From the NCBI GenBank assembly GCA_963761305.1, contig CAVXGK010000001.1:544001-608000 (forward strand): a stretch of DNA of 64,000 bases, read 5' to 3'. This document shows, piece after piece, positions 49,007 through 57,583 of the stretch; the stretch's first letter is position 1, and each line of letters starts with the position of its first letter. The notes beneath the pieces are model-generated. The model was not told where the DNA came from, ran no database searches, and saw nothing but the letters and a program-made list of their open reading frames with translations. This DNA is from an uncultured Gemmatimonadaceae bacterium. Lineage in GTDB: Bacteria; Gemmatimonadota; Gemmatimonadetes; Gemmatimonadales; Gemmatimonadaceae. The position numbers and the translations under genes were made by a program.

Positions 49007-49816
49007 TTACGACGACCGCGATGGCTCTTGGGCAAGGCCTCGCAGCGTCTCCTCGAGGCTCCGCAACCGTTCCCTGCTCACCGGCACGCGTTCACCCGTC
49101 GAGAGCAGCGCCGAGAATGAGTACGGCGACTCGGGGCGCAGTTCGCGAATGAGATCGACGCGCACGATGGCCGAGCGATGCGCCCGACGAAACCTGGCGG
49201 GATCGAGCACCGATTCGAGTCGCGACAGACGATCGCGGAGAAGTCGCACGCGGCCGTTCGCATGTACGCGCACATAGTACGTGTCGCCCTCGAACCACTC
49301 GACCTCCTCGATCGGAACCACGACTCGTTTTCCCCGCTCGGGGATTACGACGTATCGAAGATAGGCTGCGGAGTCGACCGGTGCGTCGTCGGAGCGGTCG
49401 AGCTCGCCTCGATGCGCGCGTTTTTCGGCGATGCGCCGAGCCGCCCGTTCGACCGCGGCTCGCAACCGGTCGTCGCTCACGGGCTTCACGAGGAAATCGG
49501 TAGCCTCGGTCTCGAAGGCGCGCACGGCATATTCATCGTATGCCGTCACGAAGACCACGGCGGGCGGCGTCGCTTCGGGCTCCAGCTGCTCGAGCATCGC
49601 GAAGCCGTCGAGCACGGGCATCGAGATGTCGAGAAAGAGGAGGTCTGGACAGTCGCGCCGAATGCCGTCGAGCGCCACGACGCCGTTCGCGTAGCGAGCG
49701 ACGACGTCGACCGAAGCGTCGAGGCGCGCGAGCGCGGCGGCGAGTCCTTCGCGAGCCAGCGGCTCGTCGTCGACGATGGCGGCGCGAAGTCGCGGGTCGG
49801 GGCGCATTGTCGTCAC
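49007..49816 (-). CDS. LytTR-family response regulator
   Basis: IVDDEPLAR, FLDISMP, FVTAYDEYAVRAFE, FRRAHRSAIV. Confidence 0.93.
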   Translation of the reverse strand: MTTMRPDPRLRAAIVDDEPLAREGLAAALARLDASVDVVARYANGVVALDGIRRDCPDLLFLDISMPVLDGFAMLEQLEPEATPPAVVFVTAYDEYAVRAFETEATDFLVKPVSDDRLRAAVERAARRIAEKRAHRGELDRSDDAPVDSAAYLRYVVIPERGKRVVVPIEEVEWFEGDTYYVRVHANGRVRLLRDRLSRLESVLDPARFRRAHRSAIVRVDLIRELRPESPYSFSALLSTGERVPVSRERLRSLEETLRGLAQEPSRSS

Positions 49817-51267
49817 GCGGACTTCGCCATTTCCGCGATCGGCAGCCGCAGCACGACGCGCGTCCCCGAGTCCGGGGCGGAACGTGCTTCGATGCTTAGC
49901 GACGCGCGGTCGCCGAAGAGTCGCACGAGGCGCTCGCGCGTAGTCGTCAAGCCGACACCGCCGCGGAGACCCTGGGTTCCGGGCGCGGGTCCATCGTTCT
50001 CGACGATCACGCGAAGTGAATCCTCGTCGCGGAGCGCTGTCACTCTCACCATACCCCCCTCCAGCATGCGCGCGATTCCGTGCTCGACCGCGTTCTCGAC
50101 GATCGGCTGGAGCACGAGTTGCGGAACCGCGAGCGACTCGACCTCCGGGCCGACGTGCACGTCCGCTCGCAGCCGATCGCCGAAGCGCGCCTGCTGAACG
50201 GAGAGATAACGGCGAACGAAGTCCAACTCCTCTGACAATGGCACCGTGTCACGCCGCTCGTCGAGGACATAGCGCAACAACGACGAAATCCCGCCGAGAA
50301 GGAGGCTCGTGTCGTCGGCACGGCCGGAGCGCGCGAGGACGTCCACGCTGTTCAGCGCGTTGAAGAGAAAGTGCGGGTTCAAGCGCGCCCGCAGCGCCGA
50401 CAGCCGGCTCTCGATCGCCTCGGCGTGCAACGCCGCCTCGCGCTGCGCGGCCGCCCGTCGCTGCCGTTCCACGTCGGACACGTAGCCGAGCGCGAGAATC
50501 GACAAATAGGCCGCCGCGTCGAGCGGCAGATACGCCCCGAATGCCGCGCGCGCCATCTCCGGCCACCCGGGCCGGATGGGAATGAGAAGCATCGCCGTAG
50601 CGACGGTGATGGCCGCCGCGTGCAGCGTACACAGCGCGAGGACGATCGCGACGTGCATGGTGACGGCGGGCACGGTGATGCCGAGTGTGACCTCGTCGTT
50701 CACCGTTCGCGCGCGTTCGCGCAGGATGACCGGCGCGAGCGCCGTCCATCCCACGAGCGTCATCATCTCCCACACCAGCATGACGAATCCCGCGACCGGA
50801 TGTCCGATCGCGAGGAGCGCCGCGCGCACGGGCCACATGCCCGCGGCGGCGAGGGCGACCAGGACCGAGCCGAGAACGGATCGCAGCGAGAGCGGCCGCT
50901 CGTACCACGCCGCCTCCGTCCGCGGGTGCGCGTCGACCAGATGCGCCGAGGCGTCGTCGAGGAAACGTCCGACGAGTTTGCCTCCGCCGCCGCCGATGAG
51001 CGCCGGAATGACGGCGGCCAGCGTCCCCGGAACGAATGCGTGGAGGTGAAACGCATAGAGCAGCGGGAGCCCGACGGCCGAGGCGATTGCTGCGGGCACC
51101 ACCGGCGCGCGCCCGGCGAGAGTCAGCGCGAAGTTCAACAGCATGAGCAGGAGCACGGGCCCCTGCACGTCGCGCGCGCTCGTGTCGGCCCAGGCGACGA
51201 CCAGGCCGCCCGCGACCGCGATGGCGCACCAGAGCAACGTGTCGAGGAGCGATCGCCGCGCCGTCAT
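49813..51267 (-). CDS. LytS/YehU-type sensor histidine kinase with a large membrane region
   Basis: LNPHFLFNALN, LSEELDF, LQPIVENAVEHG, GVGL; many N-terminal TM helices. Confidence 0.9.
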   Translation of the reverse strand: MTARRSLLDTLLWCAIAVAGGLVVAWADTSARDVQGPVLLLMLLNFALTLAGRAPVVPAAIASAVGLPLLYAFHLHAFVPGTLAAVIPALIGGGGGKLVGRFLDDASAHLVDAHPRTEAAWYERPLSLRSVLGSVLVALAAAGMWPVRAALLAIGHPVAGFVMLVWEMMTLVGWTALAPVILRERARTVNDEVTLGITVPAVTMHVAIVLALCTLHAAAITVATAMLLIPIRPGWPEMARAAFGAYLPLDAAAYLSILALGYVSDVERQRRAAAQREAALHAEAIESRLSALRARLNPHFLFNALNSVDVLARSGRADDTSLLLGGISSLLRYVLDERRDTVPLSEELDFVRRYLSVQQARFGDRLRADVHVGPEVESLAVPQLVLQPIVENAVEHGIARMLEGGMVRVTALRDEDSLRVIVENDGPAPGTQGLRGGVGLTTTRERLVRLFGDRASLSIEARSAPDSGTRVVLRLPIAEMAKSA

Positions 51268-51307
51268 GCTCGGAGCGTAGCGCGCGCGCACGCCGCCGAC
51301 AGGGTGC

Positions 51308-51340
51308 GTGCGACGAACGCCCATGGCGGTGCAACGAACG
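51308..51340 (-). promoter_or_regulatory. LytTR-type direct-repeat operator upstream of the kinase gene
   Basis: GTGCGACGAACG (51308) and GTGCAACGAACG (51329), 21-bp period; -10 TACGCT at 51279-51274. Confidence 0.7.
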
Positions 51341-51354
51341 GCCGTCCCGCGCGG

Positions 51355-51408
51355 CTACAAGAGCGCGCCGCGCTACAAGAGCGTGCCGCGCTACAAGAGC
51401 GTGCCGCG
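51355..51408. repeat. 18-bp tandem triplication of the mgtE 3' end including its stop codon
   Basis: CTACAAGAGCGYGCCGCG x3 at 51355, 51373, 51391. Confidence 0.9.
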
Positions 51409-52767
51409 CAACACGACCATGGCGACGCTGAAATAGATCACGAGGCCCGTGACGTCGACGAGCGTGGCGACGAACGGCGCCGACGCGCTGGCGGGATCGA
51501 AACCGAGTCGCCGAAGAATGAACGGCAGCATCGACCCGGCCAGCGATCCGAAGCTGACGATGCCCACCAGCGCCAGCGCCACCGTGAGGGCGACGAGCGC
51601 GTGGTGCGGCCCGTAGTCGAAGATGCCCAGCAGCTGCCAGGCCGAGATGCGCGCGAAGCCGATGATGCCGAGAATGACGCCGAGCAGCAGACCCGTCGGC
51701 AGCTCGCGCACCGCGATGCGCCACCAGTCGCGCAGCCGGATTTCGCCGAGCGCCATCGCGCGAATGATGAGCGACGTCGCCTGCGAGCCGGAGTTGCCGC
51801 CCGAGCTCATGACGAGCGGAATGAACATCGCGAGAAGCGCCGCGCGCTCGATCTCGCTCTGGAATCCCTGCATCGCCGTCGCGGTGAGCATCTCCGACAG
51901 AAAGAGCGCGCACAACCACGGTGCGCGCTTCCGGATCATCTGGAAGAAACCGATGTCCATGTACGGCGCGTCGAGCGGGCGGGTACCGCCGAACTTCTGG
52001 GCGTCCTCCGTCTGCTCCCGCACGATCGCGTCGATGACGTCGTCCACCGTCACGATGCCGAGCACATGGTCGCCCTCGTCGATGACCGGCACGGCGAGCA
52101 GGTTGTACTTCGCGATCACTCGCGCGACTTCCTCACGGTCCGTCCGAGGCGTCACCGTGATCGTCGCGCGGCGCTCGCTCACATCGAGGATCCTTGCCGA
52201 GGGATCGGCCACAATCAACTGTCGCAGTGACGCGACGCCGACGAGACGCTCCTCGTGGTCCAGGATGTACGCCACATAGACCGTCTCCTTGGCCATCGCG
52301 ACCTTTCTGACGTACTCGAGCGTTTGCGACACGCTCCAATCGGAGGGCACCGTCATGACTTCGGTGGTCATGATCCCGCCGGCGGAATCCGCCGGATACT
52401 CGAGCAGCAGCTTGAGCGTGTGACGCGTGTCAGGGTCGAGCTTCTCGAGCAGCGGCTGTCGCGCGGCCGGCGCGAGGCCGCGCACGAGATCCGCCTGCTG
52501 GTCGGCCGACATTCCTTCGACGAGCGCCGCCGCGGCACCCGAGTCCATCGTCTGCATGATCTGGTAGCGGCGATCGAACTCCGGCTCGTCGAACACCCGC
52601 ACGGCGAGATCGAACGGCAGCACCGCCAGCAGCTTCGCCGCTCCGGCCGGCGGGAGCTGGCCGAGCGCGTCCGCGATGTCGGCCGGACGCATGCCCTTCA
52701 GCGCCTCGGCCAATTCAGTCGGGTCGCCGTGCAGGAGATAGAGCAGGTCGGCGTTAGGGACGGGCAT
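51391..52767 (-). CDS. mgtE: Magnesium transporter MgtE
   Basis: YPADSAGGIMT, CBS pair, KRAPWL, SGGNSGSQA, DPASASAPFVATLVDV. Confidence 0.95.
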   Translation of the reverse strand: MPVPNADLLYLLHGDPTELAEALKGMRPADIADALGQLPPAGAAKLLAVLPFDLAVRVFDEPEFDRRYQIMQTMDSGAAAALVEGMSADQQADLVRGLAPAARQPLLEKLDPDTRHTLKLLLEYPADSAGGIMTTEVMTVPSDWSVSQTLEYVRKVAMAKETVYVAYILDHEERLVGVASLRQLIVADPSARILDVSERRATITVTPRTDREEVARVIAKYNLLAVPVIDEGDHVLGIVTVDDVIDAIVREQTEDAQKFGGTRPLDAPYMDIGFFQMIRKRAPWLCALFLSEMLTATAMQGFQSEIERAALLAMFIPLVMSSGGNSGSQATSLIIRAMALGEIRLRDWWRIAVRELPTGLLLGVILGIIGFARISAWQLLGIFDYGPHHALVALTVALALVGIVSFGSLAGSMLPFILRRLGFDPASASAPFVATLVDVTGLVIYFSVAMVVLRGTLL

Positions 52768-52822
52768 AGCAGTGGCCGGAGCTTGGGGGGAGCCTGACGT
52801 CGGGAGGTGATTTAAAGAATGT

Positions 52823-53605
52823 CTATGCGGCGGCCGCGCCGGGCTTCGGCGACTGCAGCGCGAACGATCCGCCTTGCGGGTCGCGGGCCATCGCGATCCA
52901 ATCGCCGTTCGGTACTTCCATCGGACCGTTCACGATCGCGCCGCCGAGTCGGCGCACCGCATCGGCGGCCGGAGTCACGTCGGTGACGCCGATGTACGAG
53001 AGCCACCGCGGCGCGGTGGCGTCGCCCGGGCGATTGAACATGCCGCCGTACGCCTGTCCATGCTGGCCGAACATGCAGTACGGGCCCATCGTCCCCATGT
53101 CGACCTCGCTCGTCTGTTCCCAACCGAACAGCGATTGATAGAACGCGAATGCGGCCTTGTAGTCGGTCGTCGCCAATTCGTGCCACGAGAACTCGCCGCG
53201 CCGGGGCGCGGCGCCCGGCGCGCCGCTCGGCCGATCGGGCTCGTAGATCCCCATCGTCGCGCCCTGCAGATCGGCGATGAGCGCCCAGCACCCGACGCCG
53301 GGCACTTCGGCGGGGCCGGCCAGCACCTTGCCGCCGAGTGTCGCCGTCTGCCGTGCCGAGGCGTCCACGTCGTAGACGTAGACGTACGGAGTCCAGTGCG
53401 GCTCGCCGCGGCGGTCGGCGGCGGCGGGATCGATCGCGACGATGCCCGCCATCGGCGCACCCGAAGCCTCGATCATCCGATACGAATCAGATAACTGTGA
53501 TGATCGTACGGACCACGGCGCCACCTGCGTGTAGAACGATTCGGCGGCGGCGGGATCGCTCGTCGCCAGCTCGTGCCAGACGAACCAGCCTTGGGCGTTC
53601 GACAT
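52823..53605 (-). CDS. Two-domain VOC/glyoxalase family protein
   Basis: Duplicated WHELAT motif, W..Y..V.DV, DPQG. Confidence 0.88.
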   Translation of the reverse strand: MSNAQGWFVWHELATSDPAAAESFYTQVAPWSVRSSQLSDSYRMIEASGAPMAGIVAIDPAAADRRGEPHWTPYVYVYDVDASARQTATLGGKVLAGPAEVPGVGCWALIADLQGATMGIYEPDRPSGAPGAAPRRGEFSWHELATTDYKAAFAFYQSLFGWEQTSEVDMGTMGPYCMFGQHGQAYGGMFNRPGDATAPRWLSYIGVTDVTPAADAVRRLGGAIVNGPMEVPNGDWIAMARDPQGGSFALQSPKPGAAAA

Positions 53606-53635
53606 CGTCGTCTCGGGTGAGGGGGCGGCGCCGCG

Positions 53636-54469
53636 CTAAGCGTCGAACCAGGCGCGGGCCGCGGCAAACTTGGTGTGCAGCTCGCCGGCGTCGGCGCGCG
53701 ACAGAACGCGCCTGAAGCTTGCCACCTCCTGTTCCGCAGCCGCAAGCGCGGCGTCGATCGCGGCCGCGTTCTCGGCGGCGATCGCCGACCACATCTCAGG
53801 CGAGCTGCCGGCGAGGCGCGTGATGTCGCGTCCACCCGGGCCGAGGGCGTCGCGGCCGACGCCCGCGCGACCGAGCGCGAGCGCCAGCGCCGCCGACAAG
53901 ACGTGCGGCAGATGGCTCGTCCAGGCGAGCGTATCGTCGTGCGCGGCCGCGTCGATCGACACGGGATGCGCGTCGAGGCTGCGCCAGAACTGGTCGGCGC
54001 GGGCGACGAGCTCGGCCGACGCGCCGAACGGCGCGCACAGATATACACGAGCGCCGGCGAAGAGTCCGCGCCGCGACGCCGCCCAACCAGATCGATGATC
54101 GCCGGCCATCGGATGCGATCCGACGAACCGCTGCGCGAGCCCGAGCGACTCGGCCTCGGCGACGATTCGACCCTTCGTGCTGCCGACGTCGGTGATCATC
54201 GCGGTGCCGTGATTCGCGGCGGCGAGCGTGCGCAAGACGTCGATCGCGGTGTCCACCGGCGTCGCGATGACGACGACGTCGGAACGAAGCGCGGCCAGCG
54301 ACGCGTCCAGCTTGCACGACACGACGCCGCTGTTCACCGCGTCGTCGAGCGCCGCGTCGTCCGCATCATAGGCCTCGATCTCCACGCCGCGCGCCGCGAG
54401 GTCTTTCGCGATCGAGCCACCGATCAGTCCGAGTCCGACGATCGCCGCGCGTTTGATCGAACCGCTCAC
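53636..54469 (-). CDS. tyrA: Prephenate/arogenate dehydrogenase
   Basis: GLGLIGGS, TDVGSTK, FVGSHPMAG, HD..A.TSHLPH, RLAGSSPEMW. Confidence 0.92.
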   Translation of the reverse strand: MSGSIKRAAIVGLGLIGGSIAKDLAARGVEIEAYDADDAALDDAVNSGVVSCKLDASLAALRSDVVVIATPVDTAIDVLRTLAAANHGTAMITDVGSTKGRIVAEAESLGLAQRFVGSHPMAGDHRSGWAASRRGLFAGARVYLCAPFGASAELVARADQFWRSLDAHPVSIDAAAHDDTLAWTSHLPHVLSAALALALGRAGVGRDALGPGGRDITRLAGSSPEMWSAIAAENAAAIDAALAAAEQEVASFRRVLSRADAGELHTKFAAARAWFDA

Positions 54470-54798
54470 GTGTGCTCCGGTTTCGACGACGCGCGCGCGC
54501 GGGCCTCGCTTTCCTCTTGCGCGCGCCGCGACATGCCGACGATCTGCCAGAACACCTCTCGCACCGGCTCGGTGGGCAGCCCCGCTTCGCGGGCGACGGT
54601 GGTCACGCGGCGGATCACCGCGGCCTCGCGCGTCGGATCGAGGATCGGCAGCTCGGCGATGCGCTTCAGTTCGGCGATGCGATGGCCCAGCCTCAGACGT
54701 CGCGCGAGCAGCTCGACCAGATCATTGTCGATCGACTCGATCTCCTGGCGGGCTTGCGACAATTTCTGGAGCGCCAGCGCCTTGGAGGGTTCGCTCAT
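54466..54798 (-). CDS. Chorismate mutase (AroQ type)
   Basis: [15 protein letters not shown]....PILDPTRE; 4-nt overlaps with both neighbours. Confidence 0.9.
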   Translation of the reverse strand: MSEPSKALALQKLSQARQEIESIDNDLVELLARRLRLGHRIAELKRIAELPILDPTREAAVIRRVTTVAREAGLPTEPVREVFWQIVGMSRRAQEESEARARASSKPEHT

Positions 54799-55850
54799 GC
54801 GACGGCCCGTCCTGGTATCGTGGTCTCGAGGCGCCGGCCCGCCGCCGACGCGAACGCGGCGAGCGATCGCATCATCTGGGCGAACGCCGGCGGCGCGAGC
54901 GACTGATCGCCGTCGGACAGCGCGTGTTCTGGATCCGGGTGCACCTCGACGATCAGTCCGTCGGCGCCGGCGGCGATCGCCGCGAAGGCGAGCGGTGCAA
55001 CGAGCGCCGCGTCGCCGCCCGCGTGGCTCGGATCGACGATCACCGGCAGGTGCGACTCGCGCTTCAGCACCGGGATGGCGGCGATGTCGAGGGTGTTGCG
55101 TGTCGCCGTCTCGTACGTGCGAATGCCGCGCTCGCACAGCACGACGTCGTGGTTGCCGTTGGCCATGATGTACTCGGCGGCCATCAAGAGTTCTTTGATC
55201 GTCGCCGAGAGGCCGCGCTTGAGCAGCACCGGCCGCCGCACGCGTCCGAGCTCGGCGAGGAGCGCGAAGTTCTGCATGTTGCGCGCGCCGACCTGCAGCA
55301 TGTCGGCGTGTTCGGCGACGAGATCCACCTGGCGCGTGTCCATCACTTCCGTCACCACGGGCAATCCGGTCTCGGCGCGCACTTCGGCGAGCAGCCGCAG
55401 CGCCTCGACACCGAGTCCCTGAAAGGCGTAGGGCGACGTGCGCGGCTTGTAGGCGCCGCCGCGGAGCATCGTCGCGCCGGCTCTCGACACCGTGTGCGCC
55501 GTGGCGACGAGCATCTCGCGGCTCTCGACCGAACACGGCCCGGCGATGACGGTGAGCGCGTTGCCGCCGAAGCTGGCGTGCGCCTCGCGGCCGCCGACGT
55601 GCACGACGGTGCGCTCGACCGCGAATTCGCGCGACGCGAGCTTGTACGGCTTGAGCACCGGCGTGACCGATTCGACGCCGGGGAGCGAACGCAGCGGCAG
55701 CTCGGCCAGGAGCGACTCGTCGCCGATGCATCCGATGATCGTGCGCTGCTCGCCGCGGGAGAGATGCGTGCGCATCCCGGCGGCTTCGATGCGCTCGCGG
55801 ATATGGTCGATCTCGGCGTCGGTGACGTTGGCTTTCGTGACGATGATCAT
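54795..55850 (-). CDS. aroF: DAHP synthase type I-beta with N-terminal regulatory domain
   Basis: [49 protein letters not shown]. Confidence 0.95.
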   Translation of the reverse strand: MIIVTKANVTDAEIDHIRERIEAAGMRTHLSRGEQRTIIGCIGDESLLAELPLRSLPGVESVTPVLKPYKLASREFAVERTVVHVGGREAHASFGGNALTVIAGPCSVESREMLVATAHTVSRAGATMLRGGAYKPRTSPYAFQGLGVEALRLLAEVRAETGLPVVTEVMDTRQVDLVAEHADMLQVGARNMQNFALLAELGRVRRPVLLKRGLSATIKELLMAAEYIMANGNHDVVLCERGIRTYETATRNTLDIAAIPVLKRESHLPVIVDPSHAGGDAALVAPLAFAAIAAGADGLIVEVHPDPEHALSDGDQSLAPPAFAQMMRSLAAFASAAGRRLETTIPGRAVA

Positions 55851-55881
55851 TGGCGTTTCACGTGGAGCGGTTGAGGTCCGG

Positions 55882-55919
55882 AAAAACAAAAAAGCGACCC
55901 GTGTGGTTCACGGGTCGCT
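55882..55919 (-). terminator. Attenuator terminator (3:4 stem) upstream of aroF
   Basis: AGCGACCCGTG-aacca-CACGGGTCGCT followed by TTTTTGTTTTT on the minus strand. Confidence 0.92.
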
Positions 55920-55947
55920 GGGGTAGGTGCGCGGCGTTGTTGATCGG

Positions 55948-56025
55948 CTAGCGCGTACGGCTCCGCCCACGGCCCGTTCGGGTCGCGTAATAATAGGAGT
56001 AAACGTAGGCCGCAGCGCGGATCAT
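55948..56025 (-). CDS. Tyr-rich attenuator leader peptide MIRAAAYVYSYYYATRTGRGRSRTR
   Basis: 25-aa ORF with 5 Tyr codons in 7 positions, between promoter and terminator; alternative ATG at 56031; not in the ORF track. Confidence 0.9.
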   Translation of the reverse strand: MIRAAAYVYSYYYATRTGRGRSRTR

Positions 56026-56031
56026 GCGCAT

Positions 56032-56060
56032 ACGGTACGGACGGGAGCGCGGAGTGTCAA
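56032..56060 (-). promoter_or_regulatory. Sigma70 promoter of the aroF-CM-tyrA operon
   Basis: TTGACA (56060-56055)-N17-TACCGT (56037-56032); leader ATG 7 nt downstream. Confidence 0.82.
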
Positions 56061-56066
56061 GCCGGG

Positions 56067-57542
56067 TCAGCGCAGGCGCTCCTCGGCCAACTCGTGTTTC
56101 GCCGCGAAATCGTAGAGTGTCGCGCGACGCAGGTGGTAATAGGCATTCCAGTAGTTTCGCAGGGCTTCGACGTGCGCGATGAGCGAATTGTCTTTGTCGC
56201 TCTGGGCGTTGTACAAGTCGGTGTTGCTGATCTTGCCCGTCGTGTAGCGGTTTCGGGCGACCTCGAACTGTTTGACCGACACCGTGTCGGCCTTGGCCGC
56301 CAGGGTCACGTTGCGTTGAGCCTGCTCCAACTGGAGCACGGAGAACCGCGCGTCCTCGGCGATCTGATCGCGGCGCGTCTTGTTGTTGGTCACGGCCCGC
56401 CGGTCATCCGCCTTGGCGGCCTCGACGTCGGAGTGGCCGGCGCCCCACTGGACCATCGGCAGCGTGACGCCGAGCGTGAGCGATTGCCGCCCCATCGGAC
56501 TCTGGTACGCGGCACCGAAGCCGCCCGCGGTCTGGTTGAACCCGACCGTCGCCGCCACCTGCGCGTTGAATCCGTTGTTGAGCTTCGCCTGTGTGATCTC
56601 GTGGTGCACGTTCACTTCGTCCAGACTCGACTGCTCAATGAGGCTGGCGTTCTTCAGTGCTTCCTTCACGGCGACGTCCGGATCGGAATCAACGGTCGGA
56701 ATCGAATCGGGCGGAACGATGGCGAGCGATTGGTCGGCCGGGTAGTTGAGCATGCGGCGCAGCGCGGCCTCGGCCCGATCGCGCGCGAGCTTGGCGTCGT
56801 CGACCGACGCGCGAGCCCGCAACAACGCGAGCTCGCTCTTGAGCAAGTCGTTCTCGCCGATCTTGCCGACTTCGTAACGGCCCTTGTTGAGCGTGTAGAG
56901 CGTGTCGTTCACCGCGACGTTGGCCGTGGCGTTGGCGAGCGTCATCTGTTGCTCGTAGAGATTGAAGAACGCGTCGGCTGTGCCGCCGGCGACGTCTTCG
57001 CGCGCTTCGAGATACGATCGTTCGGCCACGCTCGCGCTGAGCGACTGGATTCGCTCCTGCCAGACGACTTCGCGCGGCTGGAACAGGTTCTGTTGCAGCG
57101 TGAGGACCACGGGCGACGTCTGCCAATACTTGTTGTACGTGGTGCCGAATTCATCGATGCGGCTGACGGCCGAGCCGACCGTGATCGTGCCGCCGGTGAG
57201 CGGGATCGCCTGGCTGAATCCCAACTGCATCGTCGACTGATTCTGCGACTGCCCGACGAACGCCGTCGAGCCGTCGGGCGCGGTGATCGGGTTGATGCCG
57301 TGATTCAGGTTCGCCGCGTTGCCGCTCAGAAAGAGCTGCGGCCGGAGCCGCGCGTTGAACGCGTCGTTGTGATAGCGGGCCGCGTCTCGCGTCGCGCGCG
57401 CGCCTTCTGCCAGATCGCCGCGCGTCTGCGCCATCGCGATGGCGTCGGCGAGCGTGAGCGACTTGCCGGAGGCGCGCGCGGAGTCCTGAGCAACCGCGGC
57501 CGGCGCGAGGGCCGCGAGCAAGAACAACGTCGAGAGTCGCAT
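56067..57542 (-). CDS. TolC-family outer membrane protein
   Basis: Signal peptide from MRLSTL; OEP repeats GRYEVGKI, NRYTTGKIS, LRRATLYDF. Confidence 0.88.
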   Translation of the reverse strand: MRLSTLFLLAALAPAAVAQDSARASGKSLTLADAIAMAQTRGDLAEGARATRDAARYHNDAFNARLRPQLFLSGNAANLNHGINPITAPDGSTAFVGQSQNQSTMQLGFSQAIPLTGGTITVGSAVSRIDEFGTTYNKYWQTSPVVLTLQQNLFQPREVVWQERIQSLSASVAERSYLEAREDVAGGTADAFFNLYEQQMTLANATANVAVNDTLYTLNKGRYEVGKIGENDLLKSELALLRARASVDDAKLARDRAEAALRRMLNYPADQSLAIVPPDSIPTVDSDPDVAVKEALKNASLIEQSSLDEVNVHHEITQAKLNNGFNAQVAATVGFNQTAGGFGAAYQSPMGRQSLTLGVTLPMVQWGAGHSDVEAAKADDRRAVTNNKTRRDQIAEDARFSVLQLEQAQRNVTLAAKADTVSVKQFEVARNRYTTGKISNTDLYNAQSDKDNSLIAHVEALRNYWNAYYHLRRATLYDFAAKHELAEERLR

Positions 57543-57583
57543 GAGTGGGGGCAACTGGGGGCGGGGGCGGGGGCGGGCTCGTA

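Noticed and set aside
51355..51408. Possible CRISPR array
   Set aside because: Repeats are contiguous with no spacers, derive from the mgtE 3' end, and no cas genes are present
54466..55731. 421-aa ORF suggesting a long chorismate mutase fusion
   Set aside because: Only the last 110 aa are chorismate mutase; the rest is an off-frame overlap with aroF
55860..56060. T-box riboswitch upstream of aroF
   Set aside because: No T-box consensus (AAGGTGGTACC-like) and the leader is too short; the Tyr-rich uORF explains the terminator
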